Origin: Lingula anatina
Lineage: Eukaryota > Animalia > Brachiopoda
Assembly (NCBI GenBank): GCA_051362555.1
Contig: CM120641.1
Location: forward strand, 31,812,401 to 31,876,400
DNA length: 64,000 bases
Reading direction: 5' to 3'
The notes under the pieces are model-generated. The model made no database searches. It worked only from the letters and a program-made list of their open reading frames with translations, and was not told the DNA's origin. Position numbers and translations under genes: made by a program. This document shows positions 54,301 through 64,000 of the stretch, one piece after another. The first letter of the stretch is position 1; each line of letters begins with the position of its first letter.

Positions 54301-54549
54301 TCCTGGGGGGTGGCTATAATAGGTCAAAGGTCAAGATATAATTGTCACAGGGTCAAGGCTTAAAACTTGCTGCTTATTCTATCCTATTATCTTGGGTCTA
54401 TTCAATGTGTCCAAACAAGGCAGCAAAGCTGTCAAGTGGACAAACATATTAAAAATAAAATGTACACAAAGCAATGGCATTAAAACAGTCTAAACATGAC
54501 AAACATCTAATTTAAAAAACATCTTTTTTGTCAATTTTGGTACAATATG

Positions 54550-54599
<50 letters not shown>

Positions 54600-56486
54600 G
54601 ATTACCACCCAATTTTTATTATGTTTTACTGTTAATGGTAATTCAGAAATTGTTACTAGCATGGGGCTTCAGGCCCATGGGGGTCAAATCTTAAAAAGGC
54701 AAATGTATGAAAAATGAAAAAAGAAATGAAAACAATTTACACAAAATGAAAATAAACCCAATAAGAATGGCTTACATTAGACCTATGAAAAATTCCAGTA
54801 AGTTTGAGAATAAACAGTGATATCTTTCTCTTTTTCTGGTGTTTATGATTAATAATTCCAGAACAGTGTACAGACATGGTGTCCTTAGCAGTGACTCTAA
54901 GGACCATGGCTCCACGTCTGGACACGGGTGTCTGAACGTAGAAAAAACATTAGACTTAAAAAGACTTTCCCACCAGAAGATGAACATTTGATTTTGTTAG
55001 TCAATACAACTTTTCTCAATACCTATATACCCTCCTCATCCAGCAATGACAAATAAACCCCTCCCTTGAAATGACTTTTTACCTTTTTTAGCCTGGTCTG
55101 CTCTGGCCTTCTCTTCAGCATCTTTTCTGGCTTTTTCCTCTGCTGCATTTTCGACTCTCTCTCTCTCCTCTGTTTCCCTTCTAATTTTCTCACTTGCTTC
55201 CAGCCTGAAATAACACCACCTTCTTATTTACGATCACATGGGAAGAAGTTTGAAAATAGCATATGTGCAATGGTTCAATTAAAAAAAAATATTTGCAACT
55301 AAAAATAGGTGGATTGCAGAAAAATATAAATGATTAAATTCACCTCAAAATGTCAATATTTGAAAAGTGCTAAATAACAAAAAAACTGTAAAACTTCAAG
55401 AAAATGGCCAATAGAGCTGCTATTTGAACCTGGCCTGTATTGGAGGACAATGAAGCAGTCTGAGGATAATAAATACTCAGTTATCTATTTATTACGTTAA
55501 ATTCACAATGAAAAGTGCAGGGCACCACTGACAGGCGATGGCTGTGTGTACAGAAAGATGACTCCACTGAAATACCAAATATTACATTATATCTGAAAGT
55601 GAGAAGATATGATCCACATATTTCATTGTTTCTCAAATTTTGCAAGATTTAGCATATCATAGACCCTGCTATTTTTTACAAAACTGATGCAATATTTTCA
55701 ATGAATTTCATTGTCTTGTGTCACATACTTTGCCTTTTCTTCAGCGTCATATTTATATTTCTCTTCTGCCTTGTTCCTGGACTTTTCCTCTGCCTCTAAC
55801 CTTGCTTTTTCTTCCATTGCTTTTCTTGCACTCTCTTGTGCAGCTGTTTTTCTTTGTTCATCTGCCAACCTTCTGGCATCCTCAGCCTCTTTCTGTTCCT
55901 GTAATCCAAACAACTCCTACTTACAATCATATGTACATACAACACAACACATTCTTACTGAAATATGAAGATTTGCTCAGCCCAAGGACCATTGCCATGG
56001 CAATAATTATAAGTGTTAAAACTCACAATAAGCACAGATAGTAGACACAACTGTCAAGCATGCAATTAAAAAAAAAATTTAATGTCTAAAGTGTGGAATT
56101 ATTGGATAAAACACAACATATTTGGTTAACACCTTTGTCCTTTTAACATTCAGCTGAGATATATATTCTATATGCACATTCTAAAATCTATTTCTGGACA
56201 CTGATTACCTTATACCTGTCAATTGATGTTAACAGTGAAATCATCTATTGAAAGCCACTTGAATATAAATAAACAGAAAAATTTGTGTGTAAAGCACTTT
56301 CAAAACTGAAGTAAAACTTTCTGCTGACTTGTAATCTCACTTCCATAGAACTTATCCACAACCTGAGAAGCCAATTTTTTTTTTGATCTGTTTGTGCCCC
56401 TGACGAGGCCTCCAGGTCGAAACAGCTGTAGGGACTTTTTCAATTAAAATAGAGAGAACTGACTAATTTGTTCGGTTCTTTGTCTT

Positions 56487-56560
<74 letters not shown>

Positions 56561-59500
56561 ATCATTATGTGTGATGGCTATACAATGTGTCTATAAATAC
56601 AAGGACTTCAGTTGCATTTAGAACTAGCTTCTGCTCCAGCTCCAGAACCATGAACTATGGACAGTCATAGGTGATTGTCACATGTATGGACACTACTGTA
56701 TCGGCAAGTACAATCTCTCTGTAAAACACAAAAACTGATCCCTTTTTTTTCTTACCTGTAATTTCAGTGCTGCCTCCTTGTCCCGTCTTTCTTGTTCCTC
56801 TCTAGCTGCTTTATCAGCCCTCTGCAAAATATACCTAACATTTCAAAAACAATGACAAATATTGATAGAGTAAAAGTTTTGCCATTTCCATAAATGTAAA
56901 TTCTAAATTAACATCTCTTCAAAAACAGTTTAAAGTAATTTGCAATCCAATATTTTAGTGTTATTCAAATGTCCAAATAAAAATACTTATTCTCATGCAT
57001 AATATTTTTTACTCGAAAGTTTTACATGCAAGCATGTTTCAAAATGTCTACTGACCTCTCTGTTGAGCTTATCTTGCTCTGCTTTCATGTTCTCTTTGTG
57101 CTCCTGTATCTCTTGCTCTCTTCTCTTCTCTTCCATTTCCTTTTTCTTCCTCTCTTGTCTCAATCTTTCCACCTCCTGTTGCATCTTCAACTTTTCTTTT
57201 TCTTCTTGCTTGATTTGATGAAGATCTTCTTCCCTTTATTTAAATTTTACAATCTCAAAGTGGATGTTAGTCATGTGAAGAGGTCACTTAACAATGCTTA
57301 CATTAACTATTTTCTCTTATGTAAGGAATACATTTCTGAATGTTATATACATAAAAAAATGCATTATACTTCAATAACATAACTGAATATTCATGGATGA
57401 AAATACTTATCAAAGAAATCAAAATAAATTTACATTTCACTCAAAAGAGTAGTTACAGTTATATAAATATATATGTTAAGCATGTATATGTTATAAGCAT
57501 AAATAACCAACTTTCTTTTTTCTTCTTCTTTAATTCTCTGCTGTTCCTCCTCTTGCTTTTCTTCTTCCGTCTTGATTTGCCTCTCAATCATTTTCTTTTT
57601 TCTTAGAAGCTCTGCAACCTCTTTTTCTTCCTAAAAGAAACAAAAGTTTAGGTCTTCATTATTGTCTGCTTCATCTGCTGATAATAAAATCACAATTCTT
57701 GATTTTAGGTTATGTTTAAAATAGTGAAGTCCAACATTTACATTCTAGTTTTCATTTTTATTCCAAGTCTGTAACATAAGTCACTAGTGTAAAGTAGAAA
57801 CTACACACAGATGATGGAAAATTCACAGACATTAATCACATGAATTCAAAGAATCAGATTCGATGGCATCTACACAAGCCAGATGGCAAATGAGTTTTCA
57901 AGATTCCAAAGAAAAAACAATAAGAAATTTTCACCTCTACATCATGCAGTTATGGTCTGTCTAAAAGAAGTTAACATTTTCCCTGTAATAATTCCCAATC
58001 TCTTTCAAGTTTTCTAACCAACACTAAACAACAAGAACGCCAAACACTTAAAATGTACCATTGCTTTTTCGAATCACACAGATATTCAAGTAAACACCCC
58101 TTTTTACCAAACAAAGCCAAACATCAAATTTATGGTGGATATTAATGATTATTATGATTTTAGAAAGGAATCTTTTTCTTTGTTAACCAATAAAAGGTAC
58201 TCAATTTATTTAAAGTGATTCAAAAATATGGTTCAGTTTTTCTGATGGGACAGCATGGTCAGACGAAAAAAGTTCAGAAGATATACAGACACATACATTG
58301 TTTGAATGTTAAACTTGAATCCTTCTAAGTTACTCGTCCAATCTGAAAAGTGGAAATTTTTACAGCTAGTTTCAAAATAATTTTCCATTATCTGAATATT
58401 TTGTCTTCATGACTAATTTTGATTTTGGCTAGCAACTCCCAAAGGTTTAATACTCCCAGTGACCACTAGGCTAAAAAGGTAAATGTGTAGGCTGTATGAA
58501 TTATTAACTATTATAGACACCTTTTCCCTCATGGCCTGTAGTCTCTCTATTCTATCCTCTTCATCCTTCAATCGTGCTAGTCTGGCTTTGTGTTCCGCAA
58601 CCAACTTTTCCCTCTCCTTTTTATACTCCAACATCTCTCTCTCCTTCTCCTCTGTTTCCACTCTTAATTCATCCAGCCTGGCTGTGATATCACTCTGTGC
58701 AGTGGCTAATGTAGAGCTGTCAGAGGATTCACTATATTCCTGGATTGGTCTGGGTTTGGGTTTCAATGAACGGTTGACTTGTGGTATCTGTGGACGTGCC
58801 TTAGGCTGTACCTTTGTTTCATCATCCAGTACAGTTTTTATTAGGTCATTTTCAGCTGCTCTGCTGTTATGGGGAACAAAGTTAGTTATACTGCTGCTAG
58901 AGCTTTTCTCTGTTAACTGTTTCTTTAACTCCTGATATATGCTGTCAGTGGCTGGTTTAGTAAAGGGTGGCTGAAAGGACTTGTTACTGTCACTTCCTGC
59001 TACAGCAGATACAGGGGGTTTTGGTTTCATTGATCTATCAACCACAGGCCTATTCTGTCCTGTAGATGTTGTTACAGTACCATCAGTGTTAATCTGCTGT
59101 AGACTTGGTCCATTCTGTACATCTGACTTTTGTGGCTCTGGGGGCTCTTCATCTAAATCTGGATAGTCAAAGTCCACTGAAAAAAAAGAGCGCATACTGC
59201 TTCGATATTGTCGCCATTTTACATACTTATATTCATCTTTTTCAGTAATCATAATCTACAAAATGGTCAATATCAGTGGAATTAATGTACTACAAAAAAA
59301 TAGGATCAACATAAAGAAATACATAAGAGTATGATGCTTCTGCATTATTCAGAATAGTGATTCAAGGAGCACCTACTAGCAGGTAAACTGAAAAACTTTA
59401 AATGAACTTACATGAAGGAAGAGCTGACTGATCTTTCTTAGTATCAGATTGTGGTGCTGACACATTTGAGTTAGTGGTGAGAGTAGGGTAATACAACAAC

Positions 59501-62500
59501 CAGTCTTCATAGCCACCATCTAGTACTAGAGGTTCATGCTGGACTATCACCAACTGGTCCCACTGAAAATGCACATATTTTGTTACATAAAAAAACCTCA
59601 GTAGTCACCACTCAGTGGATATTGGCTGACTGGTGATATTATCTTGGGAGACATTAATATGTTTCAAATAACATAATAAAACTATTAGTGATATTTGCTC
59701 TTGGTCAATTTGTAGTTTTGCTGACCTCATCAAAAGCTGATTGTTGAAGATAATCCCATTTTGCTATGCAACACAAGTCTACATGAATCTGCAATGAGAC
59801 GTGTCTCATGAGGTTGTGTCATTGGGCTGATGCCAAAATGCGGTAACCATCAACCATATGATGCAGCTCTATATCTATCAAATGACACAGCTGGATATGT
59901 TTGTATACTCCAAGAGAACAAACCATTTGGAACTACCAGGGTATTTTTAACCAATCTAATTACAAGCCTTGCGTGTGTGTGTGTGCGTGCGTGAATGCAT
60001 GCGTGCGTGCATTCCCTAACCTTATAAATGGCATCTTTGAGATTATTCAGGGGACTGTTGGTGACAAGATCAGCCAAAGAACTCTGCCAGTCCAGCAGGA
60101 CAATGTACCCCACATGTCCCCTCTTTTTCCACATGGGCAGTGCCTCTGTTGGGAGATTCTTCTCTATCATAGCCACAGTGCAACTACAAAGGAAAAAGAT
60201 AAAATGATGACAAACAGTGTTAGCAAATTCAAAACAACATTTAAAATTCTGACATAACTGTGAAGAAAGAAACAGAATAAACAGATGTGTCTTATTTTCA
60301 CATAACAAGCATTATATCTATACATCACACTGGCACATGAGATTATAAAAATTCCAACTATCATAGAATTAAAACCAAAAGACCTGTGAAATTATTTCAG
60401 CTTACCCCCCTGGTAAGATATCAGCTGGTACATTAATACATGAAGGGTCTCTAATGTGGGAGTTCTCATAGTCTGCAGCAGCTCTGATATCTAGTATGAG
60501 AACTGAGCAATCTGGAGTCTGCAGCATCTCATACAGCTTCCTACAGCTCACAGCACCTGAAAAATGAATTAACAGCTGAGAGACTAACAATAATGATAAA
60601 CTAGTATATAGAATCAATCTACCAACCTTAAATTCTTATAAAAACATACAATGTGTACAGTGAGCTAGACTGGAAATATAAAAACATGGGCTTTTTAGGC
60701 CTATTATGTCATCAAGGCAGCAAAGTTGTCAAATGAACAGAAATAAATGACAAAACTGATAGATTCTGAAGTGGTAATATTACAATGATGAACAGCCAAT
60801 TTAACAATAAAAGCACACATTTTCATCTATACTGATATATGATTCTTAAAAGCATTATCAACATGAATTCATAATGGTGTACAACTGTTACTTTGGTCAT
60901 ACAGAAAATGTAACCAACATTGAGCTTCAGACCCATGGGTATTAATTCACACCTGAAAAATGCCACAATAGGAACTCAGGACAATTATTGTCAATTTAAC
61001 TAGTTTTTATTTTAACCCCACAGGGACCAATACTGCTGACCTAGAAACTTCTGTTGGGCCCAATTTGCACAGGTACCTGTGAAAAGTGAGATTATCTTAG
61101 TATTTTTGCCCCAACTTACTTGTTTGCAAATACTGCACAAATTATTCATTTTACTTCAAGCTAAGGGAAGATGTCTTGTAAAATGAAAATGTCTGAACTG
61201 AACAATGGGCTTTTGAGTATCAAATTTATATCTGATAACCAGAGAGGAAAATCAGAAACTTCATATTACAATGCACAATTTTTCTTAATTTCTTTGTATT
61301 TCTACTTGAAAATTAATCATGATGGCATCACGTAAGTTATGCTTTAATTTGTAAGTTTTATGAATTTATCATTATGTAACTGACTGATCCCATGGCTGGT
61401 GCTTCAAACAGCAAGATAAATGCACTGAAGCATATTAAACAGGTGAGAGTGTAAGCAAAATACAATTGCATTTATCCTATTGTTTGAAATGCCAGCCGTA
61501 GAATACTCTGTTTTATTTATATCTTGCATACCAGAAGCAAACTGATTCTCTTTTTCAGGGGCTTCATTATTTTCATTAATCTTTTCCTTGGCCATTTCCT
61601 GTTCTTCTAACTGTTTGACCAATTCTTTTTCCTCTTTCTGTTTCCTTTCAAGTTCTTGTTCTTTTTTCTTATCCCTTTCATCTAACCTTGCTTTGACATG
61701 TTCAGCCTCAAGGAGTTCATATCTAAAATGTAAGACACAAAAATAAGTATGGTCATTTCCCCAAATTATATTCAGCTCATACCTCATTGGATAATTATCA
61801 TTTGTCATAAAGATAATGTATTTACCTTCTTTCATAAATATACACTTTCACTCACAAAAACACAGAAACAACCAGGCAGAGAAGGCAAGTAAATCTTCAA
61901 ACCTGTCTTTGAGACTAGATGACAGGGCTTCAGCTTCTTCAATTGCCTTCAGCTGATTTTTTCCTCCGATCATCTTACTGAAAAATTCCTGCAAAAAATA
62001 TCCAAAAAGTTGGAGATATTAAAATGATTAAAACATATAGTCCTGTAAGTTACCAGACATGTATAAAGGTACTGAAGAAGAAATTTGTAAGGCGTGTTTG
62101 CAATAATAAAGGTTACTTTGTACAGGATTTACCTGCCTAAATGAAATTGCCTGGAGAAAAAAGAAATGTTCTCCTATTTCTGCTCAAACCCATGTTACAC
62201 TTGGATTTGATGTTTTATTCCTTTTTAATCTAATGCTTTAATTCTAAATGACTGGTCAAATACACTTTTATTAAAGTGAAATCATTGTCCCTAAGATCTG
62301 AGTTGGGGAATGTAAGAAGCTTGCCATTTATAATAACTCAAAATGGCCAATTTTTACACAAGAATGGCTGCTAAGGAGACAAAACAATTTTCTCAGAAAT
62401 TAAAAAAACAATCTGGAAATGTGAGGCAGCAGTACATTTATATAAAATTAGAGAAAAAAGTTATGGTTGGGATTCCAAGATATTAGTGTTAACAAATTAA

Positions 62501-62884
62501 ACGGACAGACAAAAATCCACGGCTTAAGGTTAGGTAACCTAAAAATATAAATCATTCAAGTAAATGAATCTTAATCATTCTAGACAAAGAACTAAATGTG
62601 CAATTTTAACAACAATAAAAACAAACCATACAATTGTGATAAGAAAAACTTATACAAGATTAATGTAAATAAATAGTTCAGTATTTTGTAACAGTCACAT
62701 TTAATACAAAACACCGATTGGAGTGTGTAGATAACTAACCTCATTCTTTTTATAGTCTGGCAACTTTTTCGCAATGGTTATGATGTTGAAGTATCTCATA
62801 TACATTACATATCCTCTCTCCTCATCTCCATCCAGCTTAGCTTGCTCTGCATGATTGAAGATCTTCTCAGCTGACTTCACAGCT
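39279..62884 (-). CDS. USP8: Ubiquitin carboxyl-terminal hydrolase 8 (UBPY), 5'-partial, ~1206 aa in the window
   Basis: 25 GT-AG, phase-consistent exons: 62884-62740, 61988-61903, 61722-61532, 60556-60406, 60183-60021, 59562-59412, 59176-58521, 57630-57512, 57233-57056, 56821-56756, 55898-55729, 55204-55083, 54313-54188, 53271-53094, 49086-48987, 48499-48369, 47069-46964, 46665-46561, 45870-45745, 45322-45209, 45055-44925, 42790-42664, 42172-42139, 41848-41760, 39335-39279. Domains: MIT ([12 protein letters not shown]), rhodanese (LILDIR...LDGGYEDW), charged coiled coil, WW, 14-3-3 site RTNSSP, Cys box [21 protein letters not shown], His box [29 protein letters not shown]. Confidence 0.97.
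39424..39910 (+). mobile_element. Intronic interspersed repeat family beginning AACAAGGCAGCAAAG(C/T)TGTCAAA (possibly Helentron/HINE-like)
   Basis: The same start motif occurs at 39424, 47428, 49186, 54414, ~60711, ~63084 (+) and 8067-8092 (-). The 39424 and 49186 copies are colinear over several hundred bp. An internal module (catattacataatg..taacagcataat...ggcccatg...ttgaaaatg) recurs in many introns. The class assignment is inference. Confidence 0.7.
40450..40617. repeat. Tandem repeat, 4 x 42 bp, in the last USP8 intron
   Basis: Unit ttattatttttttctcatattctctgtgcctgcttaccccac; copies nearly identical. Confidence 0.95.
45161..45205. repeat. (AG)n microsatellite abutting a USP8 splice donor
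   Basis: Directly visible in the 153-nt intron 45056-45208. Confidence 0.95.
46692..46779 (-). pseudogene. Degenerate partial duplicate of USP8 exon 46665-46561, including its 3' splice site
   Basis: ttttcag gaagtgatggtc taa ttcagctgcatgttttcttattttggtcaacagcaggctccccaggaaatcatgtttctac aligns to tttcag ggagtgatgggcagatttaacagcactttttctggttttgaccagcaggattcccaggaattcctcatgtttctac. Confidence 0.8.
48203..48323. repeat. Compound microsatellite (CCCA)n(CGCA)n(CA)n
   Basis: Directly visible. Confidence 0.95.
49541..51467. mobile_element. Non-autonomous DNA transposon (1927 bp) with hAT-like CAGGG termini and a 5-bp TSD, nested in another repeat
   Basis: 16-bp TIR cagggctcaaca(c/t)aaa; AGTAG duplicated at 49536-49540 and 51468-51472; subterminal gggcaa/ttgccc repeats; the paralogous empty site cacaaagtaggtttttt is present at ~39825. 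Confidence 0.88.
53618..53809. mobile_element. Short MITE-like element rich in cctatagg motifs; related sequence at ~45520-45705
   Basis: CCC...GGG ends (ccctgacagaaat / attttagtaaggg) and internal cctatrgg repeats shared by both loci. Confidence 0.4.
56394..56435 (+). ncRNA. Minimal type I hammerhead ribozyme (Penelope-like element/retrozyme type)
   Basis: Stem I gt(g)ccc/gggac; core CTGACGA (56400-56406); stem II ggcct-cc-aggtc; GAAA (56419-56422); palindromic stem III cagctg; cleavage triplet GTA ending at 56430; followed by a short tail and a (TA)n tract. Confidence 0.75.
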
Positions 62885-64000
62885 CTGAAAATATTTGAGT
62901 TTTCTATCAGTTTTGATTCAAAATAACATACATAATGCTTAACAGCATAACCACTACCAAATTTTTAGTTATGTGTGTACTATAGTTGGCATGGATATTC
63001 AGAATAAGTAACTGGTATATTATATATGGCTTCAGACCTACGGGAGTTCAAAATCATACATTGAAAATATGAAAAATGAAAAAATAAAAGCAGCAAAGCT
63101 ATAAAAGTTCAGACATAAAAGCAAACAATTACGCACAAAATAGTTTATTTTGTCAATTTTTATGCATGATGCTTTGCATCTCAATAACAAATTTTAATGA
63201 GATTAAACTAATTCAAAATTCAAGGTCACATTAAGATGCCCAATACATGACTTCCTATTCAAGTTCAATGGTAACTATGGGTGTATCTCTGCTAATTTGC
63301 TAAGTTCAAATCATGGTGAAAGGAAACATTTTATATGCATTAACATGTTATGATCATACTTTAACTTAAAATTTTGTCAGTAACAGGAGACTTTTATGGG
63401 ATATAAATAATAAACTATTGTATATATATGGACTCCACAAAGCATATAATCCATGGTGTGCCAGAAATTCTATATTAGATGACTTAAAGCAGTACCAACA
63501 CTTTTATAAAAAGACTGAAAGCACTTCTTCATACCAAGCATTGGACATATTAAAGAATTATTAGACATGTATGTCTATGGTAATTACTCAATCTTTGCAA
63601 TGGAGGGAAAATTGTAAATTTTACAGGTATATATTTTTTTCAAGCAAAATTAGATCAATCCTACTGAGTGTCAGCAACAAAATTTAAAAGTGGGATACTC
63701 TACAGTTCTATTCTGTGCAGTAAAAGCACCACAAATGCTATAAAGAAATAAAATTTTATGATTATAAAATCATGTATCTAAAAGTTTGATAAGTCTTGCC
63801 CATTGAAAAGATTAAGTAATTACCATGATTGTTGCACCATGTAAAGTCAACAAAGATGCTCCAGCATTCAAAGCAATACATACAGCTTATCATAAATACT
63901 TTAAGAGCACATAAGTTATCTGTGATAAAAAACTTACATCCTCGCACTGGTAAATTTTTGTTTAACCTCTGCCAGCTTGTTTAACTCAGCCATATTCTTA

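Noticed and set aside
54783-54931. Possible extra USP8 exon
   Set aside because: In the phase required by its neighbours (phase 1) it reaches TAG after about 11 codons; the flanking exons join cleanly without it.
55711-59166. Hydrophobic plus-strand ORFs (55711, 55718, 57026, 58483, 58981)
   Set aside because: Antisense shadows of the E/K/R-rich USP8 exons.

Overview
AT-rich eukaryotic (invertebrate, lophotrochozoan/mollusc-like) genomic DNA, not prokaryotic. Three protein-coding genes are well supported. (1) The last six coding exons of COPS8 (+, 316-10247). (2) A nearly intronless gene (+, 14037-20374, one 827-nt intron) for a ~1836-aa GRL101-like receptor: signal peptide, 2-3 CUB/CUB-like domains, C-type lectin, ~7 LDLa, LRRs and a 7TM that has lost the class A activation motifs (DRY, CWxP, NPxxY, ECL2 Cys). 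(3) 25 phase-consistent coding exons of USP8 (-, 39279-62884; first exon lies outside the window). Introns and intergenic DNA hold MITEs, Helitron-like elements, a decayed transposon ORF, mini- and microsatellites. Items worth a second look: the atypical lectin/CUB 7TM receptor; a minimal hammerhead ribozyme in a USP8 intron; an orphan defensin-like exon; a triplicated exon-like module at ~1.27-kb spacing; a candidate spliced orphan gene; a repeat family sitting in a fixed orientation just upstream of 3' splice sites; a near-perfect 151-bp palindrome; a templated copy of CUB-coding DNA; and a poison-like partial exon duplicate in USP8. All calls come from reading the sequence by eye; no searches were run.
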